A DNA stretch of 57,323 nt, the filler included, from Circinaria calcarea (taxonomy: Eukaryota), in the NCBI GenBank assembly GCA_051942165.1. It is 6 parts of 6 records of this genome, joined end to end, with 100 filler letters (N's around TTAATTAATTAA, not from the genome) between each part and the next. Parts side by side here need not be neighbours in the genome. Positions count along the whole stretch, not along the records: positions 38,305 to 47,775 come from JAVECS010000931.1; positions 47,876 to 57,323 come from JAVECS010000932.1; 4 more parts are not named here. One strand, written 5' to 3'. The stretch's first letter is position 1. Each line of letters begins with the position of its first letter. Both the position numbers and the translations under genes were made by a program. Of this stretch, positions 39,081-49,749 are shown piece by piece. The notes beneath the pieces were generated by a model that did no database searches, was not told the DNA's origin, and saw only the letters and a program-made list of their open reading frames with translations.

Positions 39081-40564
39081 GTTGAAGTCGCCGGGTACGT
39101 TGCGGTTCTATCAGGCACCGCTGTCGAAGAATCGTCGGTAACCTGGGGTTCCTAGTAAAATAATGTTTGAAGATTTCCCTTGAGAAATCATTTAAGACGG
39201 GATATCGGCAGAGGTAAGATGCTTTTCAAAACACTGAACAGTTTCTTTCCCGAGCCGTCTCGAGTCTGTACATATACCGGGAAAAATAAGCCGTTCAGCT
39301 GCTCGAAAGACCCGGGAGTTGAGACTCCTCCACTTTCATGCATGCGGCACCTCAGCCTAGTTGGTGCAATCGTAAGACTGCGTTCAACTTGCGTCAGGAT
39401 CTAGAGTGCTTTAACTCAGGCACAGTCATGCAGTGACACCGCCCTTCAAACTAACGGCCACCGGTTCGAATGGAAAAGCGTTGAATCGCGCGAACACCAA
39501 AGACGCGACGACATGGAGCTAGTATCCTCGTATAAATATCAGGCACAGCCTGTTGCTGGCAGTGAGGCATAAGGTGGGCCGAGGGAAGGAAATGACCAGT
39601 CTGGATTCTCATGCTTTCAGCCCCAGATTTGATATCGAAGAGCAACAGGGGCTTCCCCTACCTCACAAGGGATGCTGCGTACCTAACACCACGGGGGTGT
39701 CACATAACCAAACTCGGCCAAGAGGGTTGTAACATCATCCCCGCCTGCGCCGCTTCGGGGTCTTGGCCCGCCCGAGCGCCAAGGCCATCGCTGCCGGTCT
39801 CCACAAAGGCGACAAGGTCAGCCCTACTGTATCACACGAAGAAGACCCTACCGCGCCTCCGTACTACAATCAAGAAGTAGCATTGCTAACGCGCCACGTA
39901 TCTTTTCGGGAGTAAAGGACCTACCTACCCTATATCAGCGCTGACGCATCGGACCTTACAACTATTAATCCTGCTGCGAGGTAGATATTCCCCACAAGCG
40001 CCCCGGGTTCTGGCGTCATGCAGTATCATCCAATCCATCCGTCGTGGGATTCCCCGTATCTTGTTCCAACGCCGAAGCCCGGCTGCGATTGGCTTGGTGT
40101 GCACACGCACTACCTTCAATATACGGGTGTGTTTAATAGTGTTTATTCATATTTGAAATTCCGTCGATCCTTTGGCGCCGGCGCATATTGCTGCTGCTGC
40201 ACTAAAGGATTATTAATAAAGCTACAAGAAGAGTCCTCGTGGTAACCTTGTCTTGCTTATGTTACCCACCTCCATCTTGAGGCTAGGATTCTACCGGCAT
40301 TGAGCTGACTCCCATTGGGCCTTCTCTATTTTGAAACTCGCCGAGAGGCTTCCTCTGTTCTAGCTGAGAGTTGGTGTGGTTCCGACCTACGTTTTTGGGC
40401 CGTGGTATTTGGGTTACCTTGAACCTCGTGCTCCGTTCCCACATAACATTTCACAATCGACATGGTAGGATCGTGTATAATAAGGCTATTCAAGCCTCTG
40501 ACAGGACGAAGAAATTCCGTATGCGCTCCAAGCACTGTCCACTCTTGAATCTGGCGGAGCCATT

Positions 40565-41927
40565 ATGGCAACAGCTGTAGCCCCAGCCAGGGGAACCGAG
40601 GACCGGGGATCCGCCTTGATCATTATATTCTGGACCGAATGTGCCCTGGCATTGGTTGTCGTGCTGCTGAGGCTTCACTCACGCCTTTTAATCAGAGGTT
40701 TAGGCAAGGATGATGTGGTTATGTTCTTTACAATGGTGAGCAGTTGCACTATAGCTACCGGATACGCATTAACTGGATCATGTAGCTACTACTCTTGATC
40801 CTTACCATCTTTGTTACGGTATTGGCTCGGAACGGAGGTGCCAAGCATCTCTACGATCTGGACTCGCAGCAAATCCAAACGGTTGTCAAGTTGAATTGGG
40901 AGCTTCAGCCCTTTGGCATTATGGCCCTTGGTACATCGAAGATCTCTGTGGCATTTCTTCTCTTAAGGATTTTTGGCCCGAACACAGTATGGAGAAGGTG
41001 GTTTCTATACGTTACCATGGTCATTACCTTTTTGGTCAATGCCCTCGCCTGCATAATCAGCTTCGTTCAATGCAATCCGCCTAGGGCTCTTTGGGAGACT
41101 GTCCCTGGAGCGCGTTGTTGGGACCCGAGCAGTCAGGCCAATTACTCAACCTTTAGTTCCAGTATGCTCTCCCTCAAACAAGCCAAATACTGGTCAAAAG
41201 CTCATGCTACAAACAGGCTGGAACGCTGCCATGGATTTCTGTCTTGCTTTGTTGCCAATTACGACTATTTACAACTTGGAACTAAGTGCCAAAAAGAAGA
41301 CTGGACTATGCTCGCTTTTGGGATTAGGCATTCTGTAAGTAATCGACTTTGCTTCGTGACAATGGTTACTGATTATCTAATAATATGCAGCGCTGGTATA
41401 TGTGCGTGTATTAAAATCTCGAAGCTCCCTGGTCTTGCCAATAGATCTGACTTTTCTTGTGGGTGCACTAACCTTTGATTTGAGTCATATCTAGATTAAA
41501 TGCTAATATCTTTCCCACAGGGGCAACGTATGATCTTTATGTGTGGACCGTTTCGGAAATTTTCCTCTTGATCGTCTGCGGCTCAATCCCCACATTGAAG
41601 CCCCTATACAACCAAATCCTTGGTCGACGCATTCACTCGCCTCCAAACTCTAGATATCCTAATAAAGGTCCCTACAGAATATATATAAACAATGTTTCAC
41701 CTTCTTCCCGGAACAGCGCGAAAATCAATTCTCATAACGGCAATTCGACTCGGGTTACTTGCAACGATAGCACGAATACTTCCCAGGACAGCCATAGCAC
41801 TGAACGCTTCGACTTAAACAACATCAATATCAGACACACAGTTGAGGTCACCGGTGAAGCCCCAGGCTTCGGTCCCTTAGCGTCAAGACCTACTCATCAG
41901 ATTGCAAATGCCGAGAACAAGGTCTGA
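40565..41927 (+). CDS. Pth11-like (fungal rhodopsin-domain) integral membrane protein without a CFEM domain, ~5 exons
   Basis: VVLLRLHSR..LGKDD; GTSKISVAFLLLRIF; FVQCNPPRALW..CW; spliced WNAAMDFCLALLP; AGICACIK; WTVSEIFLLIVCGSIPTLKPL. Confidence 0.9.
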
Positions 41928-42132
41928 GAAGCCATGTTATAAGCCAGGATGGCCAGAAAGGTAGAAAGACAGTACATCATGATCTGGGCTTTGCCCTTTT
42001 GTCTGTAATATGTTCGGAGGCTTAAAATGCTTGATTGAGGTTTTGCGACTTCTCTTCCGTGTTATGTACATAATCTCCAAGTTTAGCGATAGTTCAATGA
42101 GTTGTTCTACGCGGTGTCTGAATATCCCTCCT

Positions 42133-43529
42133 CTATTGCTTCGTCTTCTCGCTTATAGGTTCCTTCTCGTATTTCTCCCACGCTTTTTCCACCTCCGCTT
42201 CGGTATCGTAACCCAGCAGCCATTTCTGGAACACCGGATCCGCCCAGCGATTTGGATAACCTTCAAACGGCTGTTCGTGCGCGAGCTGTCGATCCCTCTC
42301 CCTTTGCTTGTCACCGTCAGGGAGGTTGAAGATGCCTCGCATACTCGAGCTGCATTCAACAATCCGGGTTGTGCGGGGTATTCGGATGGACTCGTAAAGC
42401 CGCAGGAGATCAGGGATTTGGCTCTTATGTCGCAGCTTTGCGAAGAGACTGCCGAGGACGGCACCATCTTCTGCAGCTTGGGCAGCGCCTTGGCCACTAG
42501 CGGCCCCGAATTTAGAGGGTTCCGCTACAGAATTAATGGGATAAGACGCTTACAGGTACGGGAGGGACGCGTGGCAGGCATCCCCGAGTAGTGCTACTTT
42601 TCCACTTGGGTGACACCATGAGTTCGTTCCATGGCTACTCTGCAGTCTCCATTTGAGCGCTCCCTCGGCCAAACTGACCAGGTTCCTCAGCTGCAGGTCC
42701 CAGCCCTTGAGCTTGGTGATGACTTCCTCTATATCTACTTCCATCACGTCGACTCCACTTGGCAGATCGTCAGGAGAGGACAAGAAGATATTGAACAAGC
42801 CGCCTTTCTTAAGCTGATACCCCACTGCATGGGCATTGGGACCCATCCAGCAATGAAGATCGGAGCTTCTTACTAAGCTGGTTAGCTCGGCGTCTCCTTC
42901 GATTTCCTTCGTGCTGACTGTCAATCGATATCCCATCTCACCAGTGAAGTATGGGGGGTCCGGGCGGCCAAGTAGCGCTTCCCGACAGCTTGATCTGAGT
43001 CCATCGGCTCCTATGACGGCGTCTGCTTGGAATCTCTCGCCGCTAGAGAGCCGAATCGCAGGTGTATCGAAATCGAGCTCTGCGACTCTTGAACCTAATC
43101 GAATAATCACGCCCAGTCTTAAGGCTTCGCTGGTTAAAACGTTGAGAAAATCAGCTCGGTGTGCTACAAGATATGGCGCGTTATAGGTTTCTTCAACAAA
43201 TGGAATCAGGTTCTGTCTAGAAAGAATAGTTCCGTCTTTGTATGTTCTCAGGTTGATATTTGATCCTCGAGTAGAATAAGGTTCCAAAGGCGAGAGAAGA
43301 TTCCACCTCTGGAGTATGCGTGCGCTGTTACACGGAATCTGGATCCCGGCGCCAATCTACACAGTAAGTCACCTTTGGCAAGTTGGGACTTGGGCGGAGA
43401 TACTTCGATTAGAGCAGATGCCTGCTCAAAGACCGTTACCTGATGACCTGCTTTCTTGATACCGATGGCCGCGATTATCCCTCCTAAGCCACACCCTACA
43501 ATGGCAACTATACACGAAGGTCTCGCCAT
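42133..43529 (-). CDS. Group A FAD-dependent monooxygenase (salicylate hydroxylase / OpS4-like), 3 exons
   Basis: GxGxxG IVGCGLGG; E|IGAGIQIPCN (intron 43357-43403); DG motif ADAVIGADGLRS; GD motif LLGDACHASLPYL|GQGAAQAAEDG; C-terminal PNRWADPVFQKWLLGYD. Confidence 0.93.
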
Positions 43530-45192
43530 GGGGTTACTCTCGACAGAATATGGATGAATGATCCGACTCCGGAGCGTGCACCAGCGGAACAGACCAGGGG
43601 CATAGGCTAGATATCACTTCTCTGATTTGGACAGTAGATGCAGCTTACGCAGATGGATCAACTATAGAGCCATAATGCATAGAGAAACTGCGAAGATATA
43701 TCAAGCATGTGCATGGCAACGCTCAATGTACCCGATCAATTTTCTCGCGGCAGACTATTACCCTTGTGCATAGCAAAAAGAGGATTCCCGAGGACTAGAC
43801 CGATGTATAATGCCGTTTATCCTGCTCGATAGCCTAGGTTCGCTGTCCGGTCGATAGTAAGCACGATGCTCTAAGCGGTAAGTAGGATGTTATCCTCTGT
43901 TACCTCGTACGGGACATCTACTCGGGAATTCGCAGGCAGATGCACAAGCCGCGGGGATTAGGAGAGTAAACCGCCAATCGAGATTAGCTGCAAACTCCTG
44001 GGGAGAGATGCAATGCAACACATATCTACTAGACAGATCGTGGAGGCAGAACAGACCAAGCGATCCGGTGGATATTTGAGATACTTCGGGGCAATGTCAG
44101 TATATGGGAGGTACCCCGCCTTGGGATCCGTCTGGCATGCTGCAATATGTGTATATGTGGCATGGCAAAGTAGGATTCCATTCAAAGAAATGCACTGAGG
44201 AAACCGGCTGTGGTCTTGCACAGCATTTGGTGTGTGTGGAGTACGAGCTGAGCCAGTCATCGCCACGCTAAGAATGTGGCCCGGACCTTAGGGCAAGGCT
44301 GAGGAAATTTATTCTACGATACCAGTTCTATGATAAAATACAGTAATGCTGTATTGCTCCTGTCCGCGAGATGAGCTTGACCCCATCACTCGCAGCTTGA
44401 CATGGAGAAGCGCTGGGAGCGGGATAAATCAATCGCAGGTCGCTACCGTGGTTACTATAGCATATCTTGGGCATAGCGGCTATCTTCAAACTGCATGTTA
44501 TTCCCCCCCCTAAACAACTCCGGGTCGTTGCTTCGGGGAACCTCGCAAGCTGGCGGCACGCCACAACATGTGCTTCTACCTGGGAATGCAGGTAAGAATC
44601 GGGCGGCTGCTCATCACGAAATGCATCAGCAGCTCATCCCAGCTTGCAACACGCTGTGCCTTTAAACTGGAGCCAGCTGCCAACACTGATCCTTTACGAG
44701 CTAAGAGGTGCGAGCCAGAGAATCGATTTGGCCCTTGGCCAGAGCCCACTCGCTTGGCTTGTCCCTCTCTCAGGCTTCCTTTTGGGTAATTTCGATGATG
44801 AGAAAATTGCGGCACTGTCGTTTGTGGAGGTGCAGTAAAGGAAGTCGGTGGCCGCGATGAGCTTCAGCCAGAGCCCAATAGAAGAGGTTACTAGACTGTC
44901 GTTTCGAATCTGCTGATATCCCTATCCTAGCCAGGTAAAGCCTGGAAAATCCCAGGTCAGCCTTCTGCATTTCGTACACCATCGTGAACTCTGCCGCCGT
45001 GGATGCATTATCTCTTTTAGAGAGTGAAGAAACGTGTGCGATGTCTGGTTTCCCTTTCTCTTTACTATTGTCTTCCTTGTTCGATTTTCCTTATTATAGC
45101 AGCCCCTTCCTCTCTGGTGTAAAGAGTGCCCTTTACTTTGACATCCATCAGGGACACTTTGCCCTCGTATTGTCGAAATTCAATACTTTGCC

Positions 45193-47491
45193 ATGTCATG
45201 GATAACTTCCATCTTACAAGGCTCTGCCCAGTTAGCGGGGAGCCTTTCACAGAACGCTACTAATGGTAAGACTTCTTGCAGTTAAACTGGGGTGGATGCC
45301 TATTGACTCTTTTGTACAGGCGACTCCTTATTGGGAACCCTTAGAGCACCATCTCTACCACATTTCCTAACAAATAACGTACGGATTACATAAACCGCCA
45401 GAGAGATTCTTTGCCGCTCACTATTCATCCAGCCTTTGCCTAATGGATTTCCATGGGGTACTGCTACTGTGGCCAATACCAACCCATATCGCCATACACC
45501 TAATACAGGCGTGATACGTTCTTACGACTTTACGATATCTAGAGGATTTAAATCCCCAGATGGGTATAACAAAAGCGTTATATTGATCAACAATCAGTTC
45601 CCCGGTCCGTTGATCGAAGCCAACTGGGGAGATGTGATACAGGTGACAGTTTTTAATAACATTAGTACTCCCGAGGAAGGTACCTCTCTCCACTGGCATG
45701 GAATCCCACAACAGCTTTCCCCATGGTATGACGGTGTGCCGTCGATTTCTCAATGTCCTATTGCTCCGAAAAGCCGGTTTACATATACCTTCAGGGCAGA
45801 GGTTTATGGCACTAGCTGGTACCACTCACATGTCAGCGCTCAGTACATTGACGGACTCTTCGGTCCTATGATCATCTATGGGTAGGTCTTTGGTCTCGAC
45901 CCCGTATGGAAACTGATTAACATGAGCAAAGACCCACTCAAACCGACTACGATATAGACCTCGGCCCAATTTTGCTGGTAGGTGCCCCTGGCTCTCCACT
46001 CAATTCGTATACCGGTAAATCTCGCTTGTCTCGGCCAGATGCTTAAGACTAGTCCCCTGCATAATGCGGACTCGACAAGTAGCATCTTTGCTAATGCTTG
46101 CATAGACCGATTATTTCCATACTCCATACTTTCAACTCGTTGAAGATGGCTTCGATAAGCCACCAGTACTTCTACCGTCGGATAATAATCTGATCAATGG
46201 CAAGATGGATTTCGACTGTAGCCTAGTCACAGATGGCACAGCATGCCAGTCGAATGCGGGGATTTCCAAGTTTAACTTTACCACCGGCAAGGCTCACAGG
46301 TTACGTTTGATTAATGCGGGCGGTTCGGCGACGCAGAAATTCACCATCGACAATCATGAAATGATAGTTATAGCCAACGATTTTGTGCCCGTCCAGCCTT
46401 ACAGAACCAGCGTTGTCACTCTGGGAGTCGGCCAGCGTTCAGATGTAATTGTTAAAGCTAATGGCAGACCCACCGACGCCGTATGGATGCGTTCCGAATT
46501 CGATCTAAACTGCTTTCCTGGCGAGTCTACTCAACCACTTGCACTGGCAGCCATCTACTATCCTAATACAAACCCTAATCAGCGCCCAAATACCACAGCA
46601 ACACCTTGGTCAAACGTTAACTGTTCCAACGTAAGTAGCTTTTCCGTTCTGTTTCCCGGCATGGATATCGACTAGTTGAAGATTTCTCGCAACGGTATAA
46701 ATGGGAGCTGAATCGATTACAGGATCCTTTAAGCGACACTGTTCCAGTCTTCCAAGCCATGCCTCCTACCACACCGGCAGTCTCACAAACTGTGGATATT
46801 ACTGGAAATGTCAATGACACTGGTTACTTACTTTTTTTCGTAGACAACTCCAGCTTTCGTGCAAACTACAAGCAAGACTTTCCCCACATTGCTCTTTGGA
46901 GAAGCCCTCTGACCGCCTTTTAGCAATCCCCTCCTTCTTCTCGCCAACCTCGGCAACGTCTCCTATCCAGAAGATCCGCAATGGAATGTGTACAACTTTG
47001 GGAAAAACACATCGATCCGTGTCATCCTCCGGAATTACTTCCCTGCCGTTCACCCAATGCACCTCCACGGCCATGATTTCTGGGTCCTCGCCGAAGGAGT
47101 TGGGACCTGGGACGGTCGGACTACCAATCCGCACAACCCGCAACGGCGTGATACCCAACTTATGGTCCCTGGATCTCCGGACAATCCGTCGTACGTGGTT
47201 TTGGAATGGAATGCAGATAATCCCGGCGTCTGGCCGCTGCACTGTCATACCGTCATCCATTCGAGCGCCGGCCTACTAATTAACGTATTGGTATGTTTTC
47301 CCCCTACCCGTCACAACTCGTATCAAAACAGAGTATCAAAACCAAGGAATGAGAATCTTACTCTGGCGATTTAGGAACGCCCGGATCTCATTATCGAGCG
47401 CCAGATTCCCGCGGTCATGGCGCAGACGTGCCGTGATTGGGCACGGTACACCGAATCCAACGTCGTCAATCAGATCGATTCTGGTTTATAA
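45193..47491 (+). CDS. Laccase-like multicopper oxidase (AA1), multi-exon
   Basis: Copper motifs [18 protein letters not shown] and [24 protein letters not shown]-terminal block; ascomycete C-terminal DSGL*. Confidence 0.95.
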
Positions 47492-47775
47492 AAGAAAGAT
47501 AAAAAGGGAAATGCGCTGGTGGGGATGGATTCATCAAACAGCCCCCGAAGTAGCTAACGGCTTCCATATTTTTTTTCCTTTATAACTTCTATCCTAAAAT
47601 AGCAATAACCGAGCCTCGTACCTCCACATTTCCGATTCTCTCGTTTGCCAAAAAAAAAAGAACCACCTTACTCGTTGCATTCCCGTCACGGTTTTATGTC
47701 AAGCCCATACCTGCCGAGTTAAAGAATTCTTAAGCACGTTGCAAACCCCCCCCCCCTCCTTGTGGGCATTTCGTA

Positions 47776-47875
47776 NNNNNNNNNNNNNNNNNNNNNNNNN
47801 NNNNNNNNNNNNNNNNNNNTTAATTAATTAANNNNNNNNNNNNNNNNNNNNNNNNNNNNNNNNNNNNNNNNNNNN
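47776..47875. other. Artificial contig linker N44-TTAATTAATTAA-N44
   Basis: Same linker structure. Confidence 0.98.
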
Positions 47876-48249
47876 CTAGAATAACATAAGGATTGAAGGT
47901 GTCTGGGACACGCGAATATAAGCAACCCGCCAAGGCTCGCTAACGCTAAACCACGCTAGACCTAATCCGTCACCTTATCACCACGGTGTTGCACTCGTAT
48001 GTTATAGCCATAACAGGCGCAGTAGAGTGATTTTATCGGCCGATATTAAAAGGGAATTAAATAATAGCTGTTGAATTCCTAAGAATTCGAAACCTGGGTT
48101 AATAGTATAAAATAGACTCTTTTTTGCTCGGGGATGTTAAGAGCTGGGAAAATAATTATTATATTTATTATATGTCAAACTTTATACGCCTGTTCAGCCT
48201 GCCTAAGTGCGGGGTACCCCCTTTTGGCGCAGTGGCAAAAAGTTCGACA

Positions 48250-48295
48250 GTTATGAGCCCTTTATCGCTTCGGTCGCCTACTGCGACCACTGCGC
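48250..48295 (+). promoter_or_regulatory. Primer-binding site complementary to the anticodon and D arms of initiator tRNA-Met
   Basis: GTTATGAGCCCT, CGCTTC and CACTGCGC match in order the reverse complement of the fungal tRNAiMet 5' half (yeast: GGTTATGAGCCCTGCGCGCTTCCACTGCGCCA). Confidence 0.8.
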
Positions 48296-48335
48296 AACAC
48301 ACAACCAGAGCGCATGTTCGATTCCACCACACTGC

Positions 48336-48451
48336 CAGAGCCGGACACTGCCAGAGCATACAGCCAGCGCGATTACAGTCGGACAGTGCAACTAGAAGGT
48401 CAGAGCCGGACACAGCCAGAGCATACAGCCAGCGCGATTACAGCCGGACAG
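48336..48451 (+). repeat. Internal direct repeat (~51 bp matched, period 65) inside the mini-LTR element
   Basis: cagagccggacactgccagagcatacagccagcgcgattacagtcggacag vs cagagccggacacagccagagcatacagccagcgcgattacagccggacag. Confidence 0.9.
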
Positions 48452-49749
48452 CACCACCACACACACACGGTCTTAGCATGCGCGCCCCAAGAAAACAAAT
48501 AACAATAAACTTCCAGCTTACCACCACCGTGCAGTGCTGGCAGCACAGTGCTGCTAAGCTGCGGGGGTGTGTCAAACTTTATACGCCTATTCAGCCTGCC
48601 TAAGTGCGGGGTACCCCCTTTTGGCGCAGTGGCAAAAAGTTCAACAAGTATTGTTGCCGTATCCAGCTTTCGCGATTGACCACAGATGCCATGATGCAGC
48701 AAAGATAATATGACGAACTAGTAGAGCTTGAATCTAGTTATCTATTATGGGATTGTCTCGAAGTTCCCAAGGGAAAGCTTTGATGAGGAGTAGAGTAGAA
48801 CAGAAGCTCAACAGCCTGCCGTTTGCACATTCTCATCTCTGTGTTACTTCAAGTAATCCCTGCTCGACGTCTCGAATCGCAATAAACAGTTGGCTCTCAG
48901 ATTCAGACGCGGTGAATTCCCGAGAACGTAGCGTTCCTTTTATATTCTGCTTTTTATTCATAGTAAACTTATACACAAAGTAAGAAGATTATCGTTACTC
49001 TCAAAGCGGACGCTCTTCTTCGAAGTCCAAGTTTTATTTCTCATATCTCCACCTTGTTCTTGCCAAGGCGTCGGCCACAATATCAGTATCATAGTAATGT
49101 GCTAGTAAGCAATGCTAAGTATCCGTATTCTAGATTTCGGAGAGATCCGATTGGCTTATCCGAAGTAATTTACAGATAGTAGCTAGTAGCTTACTAGCAC
49201 AGTACTTTACTACCGCTATTGCAGTATTGTTTAGACTTGGAAACCGCGTTTCATTGCATATAATCATCTCAATCTCAACACAAGTAAACTTTCTCGCTAC
49301 CTTATATATGGCGTGACAAGACCGGTGTAGTCCAGTCGGCACGACTTACTGCTTACGGATGCTCACCCTTTTCTCCTTTTCCTTTCTCCTTCCCTACCTC
49401 ACCGCACGGCCATACCTCGGGTATTCGCTTGCTCCAACTTGAGTTTCATTAGCCTACCATCCAGCCATTGCTTTCAGCTATTCAATCTCGTAGACTTTGT
49501 ATGTCGTGGAAGGCGGATTTGATGGTTTAGGAATATGCGGCTTGGGGTAAGTTGAAAGGAGTAACTGGGGTGCGGATCGATGGGGTTGAACGGATTTGGG
49601 GATGTTGATACAAGATGGTGTCCTTAATCTTAGATATAGGACCGATCCGTCATAAAGGGTGGAGAGTGCGCTTTTCGGGGAGTAGTGTAACGGTTTGATG
49701 GCCGCATGAATATCGCAATGTCCTTCATAACTAGATAAATACGCAGCAC

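Larger units (their letters stand above)
48173..48646 (+). mobile_element. Non-autonomous miniature LTR retrotransposon (TRIM-like, copia/Ty5-type priming)
   Basis: 77-bp direct repeats at 48173-48249 and 48570-48646 (75/77 identical) with TG...CA ends and short terminal inverted repeats (TGTCAAAC/GTTCGACA). PBS GTTATGAGCCCT directly follows the 5' LTR. G-rich PPT-like tract GCGGGGGTG directly precedes the 3' LTR. 320-bp non-coding interior. No clear TSD. Confidence 0.85.

Noticed and set aside
47876..48015. Sequence ending ...GCCATAACA as the 3' end of another solo LTR
   Set aside because: The other end is cut by the contig edge; a terminal motif alone is insufficient.
48225..48330. Possible tRNA gene (A-box and B-box present)
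   Set aside because: No T-stem (GCATG/CCACC does not pair) and no acceptor stem; no cloverleaf can be folded.
48173..48646. Direct repeats as a CRISPR-like array
   Set aside because: Eukaryotic context, only two 77-bp repeats, and LTR hallmarks (TG..CA, PBS, PPT) explain them.
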